Shown here in pieces: positions 39,751 to 52,027 of a DNA stretch of 64,000 bases. The stretch's first letter is position 1, and each line of letters opens with the position of its first letter. A program made the translations under genes and the position numbers. Below the pieces are notes generated by a model that had not been told where the DNA came from, made no database searches, and saw nothing but the letters and a program-made list of their open reading frames with translations. The stretch is taken from assembly GCF_022539665.2 (NCBI RefSeq), contig NC_081331.1, forward strand, positions 10,106,001 through 10,170,000, read 5' to 3'. Origin of the DNA: Daphnia carinata. Its lineage: Eukaryota.

Positions 39751-40499
39751 CTCACTGTAGGCGCCATACAAATAAAATCTAAACAAAAAGTGAATGTAAT
39801 GAAGGATTACAAACTTTATTATGCTGAGATAAATATAGAATCTACAGGAATGTTTCATATGTTTTTCACCAACAAACATCAGACTCCTATCATGCCAGGA
39901 CAGTTTTGTTTGTTGGTAGAACAACTTCCAACCTTGTTCTATATCATGCCATCTAAACTTTCACTCACAACAAACAACTTAAGTTCTATTATTCAAAGTA
40001 CATCCTGAAAGCATAACTAAATAACACACAATAGAAATAATATTACCAATGAACTAATACAATTAGAGCCAACTAACAACAATTTTATCACCTTCAGAAA
40101 ATGCTAGAGTAGGGTAGATTTTCAAGATTTCACTTTTCTTCTTTTGTGTTTTCTGTTTACTATTGACTTTCAATCCTTTCATATGAAATCCATTGCGTTG
40201 CCAGATAGTTTTAGTAGCATAGCGCGATTTTTGGCCAAAAATTCTCTTTATTCTTCAGAGCAAGTGTCCAAAAATGACGATTCATTATAAAACATAAGTG
40301 TTCAACAATAGGTGAAATAATTTTATTTGCCAATTATTTATTTGTATCATGAACTTTAACAAATCACGCAAACTCTACCGGTTAATGTGGTACATTGAGC
40401 GATTAGCTTGCAATCGCGTGTTACATTGGGAGAATTATCGCAACCGAACTTGATATTCTTCGGCATTGTTTTCGAACAATAATGGGTTTATTGAATATC

Positions 40500-41394
40500 T
40501 TAGACAGAAGCAGGTTTATCTCTGCATTCGCGGAATACCCTATAGAAGGGCAAACCTTCCATTTTAGCAAAACATGAGTCCGATTTCCCTAATACGTGAA
40601 TACGTGCAAAGTCTTCGCAATCTATGACACCATCTTCGGTACAATCCTAATGTTAAAAAATATCATTACAAAAAACCTATTTTATCTGTCATAACACAGT
40701 CTGTCAGTATTACCTGTGCGAATTCTGTCATGTACGAACGAACTGTCTTTTTGGCACATTCCAGGTCTCGCGCGCATGCCTCGAACGCTATTAAACTTAA
40801 TATTCAAGAAGGTAGTTATTATCATTTGCTAGGTATATTATCACAACCTCCATTGGGATCTTCGTCTGGCGTAAGCATAGGTTGTCCTGCATCTGCCCAA
40901 TAGTTAACTCCCATTAGGAAAGGACCACATAGATACTGTGAACCAGTAGTGCACGGAGCAGTCAAATTGCAGTAGGAGCTTGCTTCACACAAGCATTGCA
41001 TGCAGTCATCCGGTATTACAATTTCAGCGAGTTCTTCCTCTTGACCTGAAACATCAGATCAAACGTAGCACCATTAACTGATAATTTAGGTATAAAATTT
41101 AAAAATCCAGCAAGTAATTGGTGGAACCTTACATCACCCATAAGAAGCAGTGCAAAACGATCGTTTAAACGAAGATCAGGATTTAAATACAGAAATTACT
41201 CCGGTTTACGTTTCGTAAAGACATTGAACAAACGCGGTATCTCTCAGCGTTATAAAAATGGTGTGACTGTGCTGTCGCCTTTAGCAAAATGTTTTACCTT
41301 GAATTGTAGGAGAAAATACGAATACAGCGACTAAAAGGTAAGCAGCAGCGAGGCTGTTTAACATTCTTTTATCTTGGGAGCAGAAGAGCAACAT
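40500..41394 (-). CDS. Invertebrate (i-type) lysozyme, copy 1. Exons 41394(or 41364)-41298, 41045-40848, 40787-40714, 40646-40500.
   Basis: Signal peptide, then DDCMQCLCEASSYCN..LCGPFLMGVNYWADAG..FEACARDLECAKKTVRSYMTEFAQDCTEDGVIDCEDFARIH. Upstream TATA (TATAAG on minus strand, ~41454). Confidence 0.88.
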
Positions 41395-42127
41395 TGTTTT
41401 GCTTCTGGCTGGAGCTGGTGTTTCTGAATCAGTGGACCGGCGCTCTAACTTATATAGACGCACGGACCAATCATCAAGTGACATTGAGGTAACCTGAAAT
41501 AAATTCGTGATATGGCCTTTTACGGGAAAGAAGGGCGGCTGTTTCTAGCAAGCGCTTTGCTTCCTGTTTTCTCTTAATTAATGCCACGCGCCTCGGGAAG
41601 TTGCTGGACGACAAAGCAGTACGTTTCCAAAGACAAGGTTGCTAGCTCAGAATTTTTTTTCAATTTATTTTACCTCTAGGAATGAATTGGGATGCATTTG
41701 TCTGAAAATACATTGTGTGGGATATCTAAGATTTTTCGTTCCCCTATAAATGGCAATTATTCCAGCAACCAAACAAGAATATGTTGTTTTGAATCTTTTA
41801 ATACAAGCATGGTTAATTTACATCTTACTTTAACGATCTGCAGGCAATGACAGGAGAAAAAAAATAATAATGCGATAATTTACGTTTAATGAATAAAAAT
41901 TATTGATCGAGGTAGTCTTGGAAATTCATAAAACCATCGTGAGTTTAATTAACATTCAGAAAATTATGTGCCAGACCGTAACGAGGCAGAAAATATTAAG
42001 CTTAATTAATTGTGCTTAATAACACATCTCAAATCTAAATAAATAAGGAAACAGAGAGAGAGAGAAAGCTACACTGACCCATTTGGCATCCCACAATTGC
42101 GACACACATGTGTTGATTCGTGCAAGT

Positions 42128-42139
42128 GGGAAATTTCCC
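42128..42139. promoter_or_regulatory. Palindromic NF-kB/Rel site GGGAAATTTCCC
   Basis: Perfect 12-bp palindrome ~700 bp upstream of lysozyme copy 1. Confidence 0.55.
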
Positions 42140-42559
42140 GTGACATGAGCTGCAAACATGTACCACCTTGACACAATGGCTCGTTTTGTAGTTGCAAGAC
42201 GTTGGGTTTCCTGACTGGAATTTAATGGCGAACTTTCCTTTCAAGACATCATTTTTGCGGCTAACCTCGTTTATTCTTGTTTTGACAAATTTCGCGTTTT
42301 CGCTAAGCTAACATCACCATATTTCTCTTGCGTGGAGTAATTAACTCCTTGTGTTCAACACATGCTTACCATAAAAAAAGCTTGATTGTTATCGTGGACG
42401 ACACTACCATTTCGTGGCCAATCGTGTATTTAATAATCAATCGATGAAAACCCATCAGCAATTCCTATTTTTTCGTTTAAATAACTAAATCCCACAGGAC
42501 TTTTAATACAATGTAAGACACTTTTTCGGCTAGCAACAGCGATAAGTTACGATCAAAAA

Positions 42560-43560
42560 TCAACCCGACAAAGACTGGACTGTGTTTCTACATGCGAGAT
42601 AACCTTGGTAGAAAGGCGTCTGGGCAACTGGTGCGTTGCAGCCGAATCCGCCCAAAATGTGGAGGTGCGCGTAGTCATCACAGTTAATTACTCCATCTCC
42701 GTTGCAATCCTAGAGACATAAATTACGAGACAGTAAATAATTATATCAATGATGCTAAAGTAATATCAAAAATTAATAAAATACCTGTGCAAATTTTGCC
42801 ATGTATCCACGTACAGTTTCTCCAGCACACACAGCATCTTGGACACACGCCTCGAAAGCTATTTTTACAATTCGTTAAAATATTCTTAGACGTTTCCCCA
42901 ATTGAGGTGGGAATAAATATTGGACGTACCTCCTTTCCGTTCAGGGTCGTCGTTCGCTAGAACGAATTTGCCTGCGTCTGCCCAATAAGCCCAAGAAATA
43001 AGGAAAGGGCCACAAAGGTATTGGTGACCAGATGTGCAAGGAATCGTCATGTTACAACCTGTACTGGCCTGGCACAAACATCCCAGGCAATCCTCTGGGA
43101 CTACAGATGCTACCTGACCTGAAAACATAATTATTAGGGTAGACAAAAAATTGTAAGAGAATCATTCGGATTCACTTTTATTCATGGTAGTTGAAATACT
43201 TTAAGTTGTGTTTCAAACCTTATTGACCAAATTTATTGGGCATTTTTAGCTTATTTGATATTTAGGTTTTTGCCAACGCAATTTTAATGGAAATTGTACG
43301 AAGCTTACGTCAGAATACAAAGATTGGTATTTGCCCTGCAGGTTATCACAGGATACTATTGACCTAGGCATTTTACAGTCGCAAAAGCTTAGACATTTTT
43401 CTACCTCATTATTTTAAAGCAAAATATGGTTTCGAGAAACTTTTAAATTTGCGTACTAACACTCTGTAACTAAAAATAGAAAGGCAATATTACCTTGGGT
43501 GAACGGGGAAAATGTAGCCAAAAAAGCAAAAAGGCAAACAGCAGCGATCTTGAGCAGCAT
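42560..43560 (-). CDS. Invertebrate (i-type) lysozyme, copy 2. Exons 43560-43494, 43118-42930, 42859-42786, 42709-42560.
   Basis: MLLKIAAVCLFAFLATFSPFTQG, then EDCLGCLCQASTGCN..LCGPFLISWAYWADAG..FEACVQDAVCAGETVRGYMAKFAQDCNGDGVINCDDYAHLH. Same intron positions as copy 1. TATA at ~43701-43708. Confidence 0.9.
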
Positions 43561-44309
43561 CTTATAACACTGGCGACAGGAGAACGACTCAAGGTGGGCG
43601 ATGGTACCTAACCCGGGTTGTGTTGGGTAACCGTTCCTACGTGTCAGCTGTTGACTATCGCTAGTTGGAAGTCGACTCAAAAAAAGGTATATCCATGAGT
43701 TTTATATAAGCTCATTGTATGGCCGAAAGGCGTTCTAACCACAAAACAATTCATAATAAGCAATTCCGGACTGAAGATTGCACAAGTCGTAATCAATGTC
43801 ACCGGAAGACCCAAACGAATTTTGAGACACAAACAGTGACCTTCAGCACAGCAGCAATCTTAAGTCTATAGACACTAGATTCCAGGTAGTTTCCTAAGGG
43901 TTCTCGTTGTCATGGTCAATGTAACAGTATTCTTGCGGAATATCATTTAACCACACCCAAACGAAAAGTTCCGGATTCTTTTGTTGTAGCTTCTGAAGTT
44001 AGCATAGTGGATAATTTTTTTTTAGTGTGACCTCTGTAAACATTCAGTAGAAACTTAAAAACATCAATCTGTACCAAATACATTACTGGTTGTTCTCCAG
44101 CCTTAAGAGAAATACCTGCCAATCAAACCTCCAGAGTAAGAAACTGACCAGAATAAGAAATAAACAATAAAAAAAAAAACTTGGACAAATTATCGTGACA
44201 GGCAACATTGCATGAATTCATAGTCTGCTACTAGTATTTGGAAATTGAAACCCTGATACTGCGATTTTGACGTAAATCTCAATTCCTTTTTACACCTGTA
44301 TACCTTGAA

Positions 44310-45141
<832 letters not shown>

Positions 45142-48100
45142 AAAGGAAAAACGGTGAACTAACTTGACGGAGCATCATGGAATCTGTGTCCTGTTGCCAA
45201 AATGTAAGCAGCAGCACTTCTATCCATATGTAAATAGTAACACGGGCTAATACTGGGAAATTTAATGGTGTTGCCCAATTTCATTTTCCCATACAAAGAC
45301 GAATTATTAATGCGAATAGAAATTCCGTGAGTAAGGAAATTATACAAGACAATTTTTGTTCTGAAAATCTGAATAAATCTAACCGCGCAAACAATATTTA
45401 CGTAATACCGCTAGATGCCTCTTAGGGTTTTCATGGCGATGTAAGTACACATTTCAAACAACTTAACATATTTTAAATTTTTTTTTTACAAAAAAAAAAA
45501 AAGTAATATTTGATGATTTCACTTTCAATTCAGACTATAAGAACAAGTGAGTTTCGATTCATCCACCAGTTATCAGTTGGAGAATAGAGGTCTCCAAAGA
45601 GATTATTATAAGCTCAGCGGACATGGCGAGAACATACTGTTGCAATACCGTATAACCAAAACAAATAGGTTAATTCCAGCACATCATATTATACGGAAGA
45701 AGAACCTAATTCGCATCGAATGAAACAAATACCCACTATACATGAAAGAAGGAGTCACCACCGACAATGAGAGTACTAGTTATCTTCTATCCGCACAGAT
45801 AGTTGATATAGTGCAACAGCTTCAGCCAACGAGGTTTCGACGCGGCTGCTTTTTAGTCGTTTGCCATTGGTTCGTGAAAGCTTATCCTCGATATTCACTT
45901 TCACACACAACTACACTTTACACACCCTTTTTTTTTAGTTTTAGTTGGAGGAGAGAGATCCGCCCCCGGCACACAGGATGTACGATTTCATCCATATTTC
46001 GATCCGCTCAATGAGCTTTGCACGCGAATACCATGGCGACTCCCTCGCGCACGTAATAATAAAAGTAGTAATGATGAATATCCTAGAATGATGTTCTATT
46101 TCCTCACATTAATGTAATTCTTAGTAATTTTAGTCTTTTTACTGAAATCGAGTTTCATTTTGAATCTGTGTCGAGTGCAAAAAGCAACCGAGGAACTTTA
46201 GAGAGCCATGCCACTGTTTCATTCAAAAGACGTGACTCAGATTGATATCGCAAATTATCGACAGAAAGATTGATGGGTTGCTGTTCTGCCCTGGAAGAAG
46301 GAATCGTAAGCTTTGCTAAGCTACAAGAGACGCTCTTCTGCTTTCAGTTCGCCGATGCATAGCATTTGCAATATATCAAGTCCAAGCTGCCGGCCAACTA
46401 AGTTGTATATCACTCCATTACGAGTGTGCGTTTAACCGACTCTGTAACTGGGCTGGGCGAATAAACATCAGGGCAAGTTCTCTCAACGTCTGGATTTCTC
46501 GATAAGCAGCCAGACCCCGGCCAGCGATACTGCCAAGTTGGACTCGATTCGCTCTGAAAGTTGAAACGAGGCAGGCGCCATTGATCCTTCTTACACTAGC
46601 GGGTTCATTCCAAAGTCCAAAGTAGGCAACTAAGTATTTTATTTATTTGTTAAATTAAAGAAATTGAAATTTCAACTGGAGGTAACCCGCGTTCGATTGG
46701 TTAGACATCCTATGACGAAAGGCGATGAATAGTGGCGATGACAGACAATATCTACTCATCGTATGCCCTCAAATAGATGTATTTACACGTCAGAAAAACG
46801 GAGAGCTACGAAGGAAAACAGTTTGTCTTACTTAGTTCTTGTTTTGTATGGATTAATGGCATTGCTAGATTCCTTTATGATGAAAAACGAGAAGATTTTT
46901 GACACCATGTGTGGCGTGTTAGTAAGTTGTTGATTTATGCGACGATCGGTTGAAGGGAACTGGGCAAACGATTCACCGGACTTTTTCTATTGCGAGTTAA
47001 AACGGAGCAACGGAATTCGGGTCATAAATAGAAGGGAATCAAATCCAATCTGTTATTGCTTATTGAGTCAATATTGACTTGTTATCGAACACGACGATCT
47101 AGTTAATACTATAAGAAAGATGACGCCTCCTGCAACGGGTCAGACTACATACCATTGGTAGAAACGCATTCGATGCCGTTAGATTGGGCACTCTCGATGG
47201 TGATGGATCAGTGCGTTTGACTCCATACACAATTCCAAATGTACACGTCTCAAACAGCACGAGTCGCAGCTGCTTTTTCCTGTTTAGTCTCAAAGGCGAA
47301 CGTCGTTTTCTTTTACATTGCATAGCGATATATATATACGGTCGCTTCTAATGGGTCAATCGCACAAGCCAAAATGTTATCGAACCCGATTTAGACTTTT
47401 GAACACCTGACACGCTCTCCACTTGATCCGATTTCTTTGTAGCATATCAAAACGCACGACGCCATTTGATAACGAGTGCGTGTGCATCCCATGGCCAAAA
47501 GATATAGCAATGCACACGGAGTACGGTTTAATGATGGCAATAGTAATCGAGCAGATGAGCATTCAAGACTTACAATCTATCATTCGTAGGGACAACCTCG
47601 AATCGAGCAAAGCAACCCATTACGATATAATGAGCACCTTTGGAAAGCTGCTGGGGAATTTATGAAATTGGCTCGACCGATATGAACAGTTTTAATTATT
47701 TATTGCTATAGAAAATGGGAAGAGCAAACGAACTCGCTGGGAGGGAATGGTGGGCGGATACGAACATGTTAAGTTATCGATGAATGTGCTGATTGTGCTG
47801 GGCGGCCCGAGGTCGCATTTTTTTTTTGCAAAGCTCGCAAGACATTTTTTTTTTTTTTTGGCATTCGAGGCCAAAAAATTCATTCCATATTCTTGCCGTG
47901 AAATGGTAAAGAGCAGCGCGACGACCGAGTGCAGAAAAATAATTCGATCCAGTCGTCATTGTCATCCGACTTTGGCTGAGAATATTGCGGTTTGGGGCGG
48001 CGAGTGCTACAGTATCTGAGGGTGCAAACAAGGGCGAAATCAACACACGTCTCTCCTACATTTGCGCAACTCTCGTCAGCCAACTGCTGCGAATACGTAA

Positions 48101-51100
48101 ACTGACATTCATGTCGTGTTCAAACATAATAACAAACACCCAGCGACTCCTCCTACTTCTTATAAACCTCGAGCTTCATTCGATTACGTCGGATGAAGCA
48201 GCTGCCGTGGCAGCAGGAAACGGACGCAGCAACTACACAAAAAAAAATACGGGATACGCGCAATTTACAGCGTAGTCGACGTTATTCAAAAAGGGAAAAA
48301 AATAAAATGAAACTTTTTCTGTTGTTCCTTGTGTTGCACGCGCATATTTGTATATATACGAAGGGGTTTGGTAGCTCTCGCCGGAACAATTGGCAATTTA
48401 ACAAATGCAGCAGGGTTGGCCAAACAAAAATAAATCAACTTGAGGGACTGTGCAGCGTTGAGAATAAATTGTCCGTACACCCATCCGCGCCGCCGTAACA
48501 GACGGAGCCATATAAGTGATGAGATCACCATGTGTGCACCATGAAAAATCATAATTTCAATAACCAAAAAAAGGAAAAGAAGAATAAGACGAAACAAATG
48601 AAATGCGTTGGATAAATTTCTCTTTCGCAAAAAGAAAAAAAATATGATAAAACGGAGACAGAGAAAGCAAGAAGATGCACAATGAAGCGTCTATCAAGGT
48701 TCGCTCTCAACTCTGTGCTGAATTATGGATAAAGGATGACGATTGATTTCCCAAAGGGATCAAGGCTGTAAGTTGTCACCTAATACGTTCGGCTGAGCAA
48801 GGAGAGATACTACGATGCTTCAAGGGTTCCGCAACAGCTGTTGTGGTTGGGAAGACTAGGCCAGCAACTGCACCAACATAAATGTGAGCCAGCTTTCAGG
48901 GGCAATTTTAAACTGATGGAGAGGGGAGGAGGACGATCACACAAGGAAATGGGTCTTTTGTATCACAGGCGCCAACCAAATGATTGATACTTGTTTCTAG
49001 GACTCCATATATAAACTGAAGGAGGTTGTCATGCAAACAAGAAACAAACGAGGGTCGGTCCCGATACAACAAGGTACCGCATAAGCAACTACGTCTCACA
49101 TGTGATTGAAATAAAACAACAGACAAATATAAAAAAAAAAAAAAATAAATAAAATAAAAGCGAAAGAAAATGATTTGATGGCTGCAAGTGGTATGGGTCT
49201 CTTTTTGGCTACGAATCTTTCCGCTTTTTATTGGCTGACATCCAATAAGTCGTAAGGACGGATCTTCGTTGAAAGGACGAAGAAAGAGAAGGAGACAGCC
49301 CGCATGACGGGCACAATGTTGTGCACAAGACATGGAGGAAACCATCCGTCTTTCCAGCTTCCTTCGAGAAAGGAAGAAGCTCGGTCGAATAGATATAACC
49401 GGTGGCCCGGACATTATTCTTTTTTGATGTGACGGACGCGCATCGCATACGACCACGTCAACCTGACAATCCTTTGCGGGGCTTCCTAGTTGTAGAGTAT
49501 ATATATATAGTACACAAGAATGTCACCCTTTTCTTACATTAGTTTTTTTTTTCTATTTCTGGTTTTCTTTTAGAAAAGCAGCTGTAATTTATACGAGAAA
49601 CTGCATTCAACCAGAACACGTTTTTCTTACTCACAATCAATTGATTATCTACTAAAACAAAATCGTCTTTTAAAAGATTTAGACAAAAACGATCATCCCT
49701 TTTCGTGATTGTACTGTTAATGAGCTCTAACGCTGTCAACACATAATGCTGCCAGACATGACTGTTTTAACATATATAGTCAATGATCAAAGGGTGCTAG
49801 TACTCGATTCCCACTGTTGCTGTACATGTCCTGACGTTTATATTGTCTGGAGGAAGCAAACACACTGTGGCCCGCGTCAAGAAGACCACGCCGGCTATTG
49901 TCAGATGAATGGACAAGGACTTGTTATCGTAAGAGGCGGAAGCGGATGGGAGGTTGAATAGTGGGGTTGGTGAGAGTGGAAAAGAAAAAAATAAAAAAAA
50001 AATAAGTTGGTGACTCGCAATGGGTACTTGCTCTCCCTCATTCCAACTAGCCACATCCAGCTCGTACTCTATCATTTTTACTTATACATTACTCGCGCCG
50101 CCTTTCTTGGCATCACTGGCTCACGTATGCACGCTGCTTTTTTACTAGTCCACCAGAGACAATCATATACACGATCTGTTATTAGCCTTCACGAGACTAC
50201 AGTGGGCAAAGTCCAGAAAATCGCGGGACCAGCGCCAAAGTCACAATAGCTCTAAGCATAAGGGGGTCTTTGGGTATGAGCTGATAGGTTTGTATGCCGT
50301 TTCACCAATTAAAAATATTTCCATGGTGTGGTGAAATGAGTATGCGTGCCTAGAAGCAATAAATTGCGTCGCTCTCTCTTTCCCTACCCCGTGCGAGTCC
50401 GTTCCAGCGTCAGAGTTATTCATACGTGAAAGATGCAAACGTGTGCCTTTGCGTAGCAACCAGAGGCATTTTTCAGTCGACTGTCTAACTTTTAGCGAAA
50501 CAAGAAATATGTCCAGCAATAGAAGAAAGGAGCTTTGGCATTCGCCAAATGGGAACTTAACATTACGATTGACGATGGCGCAATGGCCATCAAACTTGGA
50601 TAGCCTCTAAAAATTGAGAAAGGTAGCGGCAATATTTTGACAATTACACAGTTTTTCAACATCACACAGTTATGACGATTTTGCCTGTGAAAATCGCACC
50701 TATTATATTATTCCCTCTTATTGAAAATTTAGCGCGTTCACAAACGTTGCGCAACTCGCATGACGTCTCATTTGATAAAGGCGTATTAACTAATCTCCTA
50801 TACGACCCGGAAAATTATTTTTAACGTGCATTTTATTCGGAAAACAAGAAAAAGTACAGGCAACCGCTACAACGTGTAAGTTAATAATGAAAAGAACACA
50901 AAATACAATAATTGAACACTTTCGAAAAAAAAGAATTAAAAGCCTTAAAAAAGTGATAAAAAAATGTAAAAAGACAAAAAATTTTTAGAACTCGTTATGA
51001 GGTTCCAGTTTTCAAGTCATAGAAATCGCCTCGCAAAAAATTGTGCCGAAATGTTTTAACATCCCGTTTTTTAAGGGTTACCCCACCTCCCACACGCAAA

Positions 51101-51241
51101 AGAGACTCAGCTAACTATACGTTCCAATAGAGCGGTAACTTAGAGGAAAAAAGAATCGACTACATGTAATCGCTTAAAATGGAGCAGTATGGCAGTGAGA
51201 CGTGAAACGAAGGTACTGTAATTTCAAAATTCAAAACAATT

Positions 51242-52027
51242 TTAATGCGCAGGCTGCGCATTGTATGGAACGCAACTCTGATCGGTAATACCTACAGGGT
51301 TCCTCCTGTCAGTTAACTGCTCCGGATAGGGATAGACATAAAGATGGGAAGGATATGGATACGTAGCCGTGGGAGTTAGCGGAAGTAGCAAACTATTTCT
51401 CAATTCGTGAAACGAATGAACAGGGGGACCTGCTGAATTCGCCGAATGAAAAGGAGGACCCGAATTAGACGAATGAAAAGCTACGTGTTCATGTGGAATT
51501 TGCTCTTGCAATTCCCTCTGAAAATCATTCAGAGGCACTGCAACCTTTTCCATCAGGACTTCTCTCGCCTTTTTGACATCGTGAGTAAGAGTTTGTAATT
51601 CGACAACAGACAAGTCGGGCTTTGACAAAGCGTCTTTTAGTAATAACAGGTATCTCTTCAAAAGCGAACACTCAACGAGAATATTCTCCCCCAAAAGAAT
51701 AGAATAGGGTTTACAATCGGCCAGATTGGGACTGAACGAGGTCGGAGGGCCATTCAAACTCAACATCGCAGGCGTCAAAGAATTGCTTTCCCGTTTGGCC
51801 GCCGACTGGCGTGACGGCCGAGCCACGACATGTGAAACTGACGGCCCAGGATTGCCCAATGATTGTGCCATTATTGTACTCGAAGACGCTCCATCCGCGA
51901 TCGGAGTCTTTTTGGAGGCAACCAGCTTTTCGTACACTTCCCTTTTCTTGTAACTGCTCTCGCGATGCAGTTGAAAAGCGGAAACAGGGTGCCCATCATC
52001 CACAGTCAATTCTTCGCTCTCCGACAT
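51242..52027 (-). CDS. Doublesex-like protein lacking the zinc-binding DM core (261 aa from the ATG at 52027)
   Basis: Gapless 21/56 identity (counted by hand) to the C-terminal oligomerisation region of the neighbouring Dsx. Splice acceptor TTTACGCAG at 52048 lies just before the ATG. Confidence 0.8.
   Translation of the reverse strand: MSESEELTVDDGHPVSAFQLHRESSYKKREVYEKLVASKKTPIADGASSSTIMAQSLGNPGPSVSHVVARPSRQSAAKRESNSLTPAMLSLNGPPTSFSPNLADCKPYSILLGENILVECSLLKRYLLLLKDALSKPDLSVVELQTLTHDVKKAREVLMEKVAVPLNDFQRELQEQIPHEHVAFHSSNSGPPFHSANSAGPPVHSFHELRNSLLLPLTPTATYPYPSHLYVYPYPEQLTDRRNPVGITDQSCVPYNAQPAH

Noticed and set aside
45500..51000. ORFs such as 48908-49456 in the gene-poor interval
   Set aside because: No recognisable domains or consistent splice structure, so probably regulatory DNA of the Dsx cluster.
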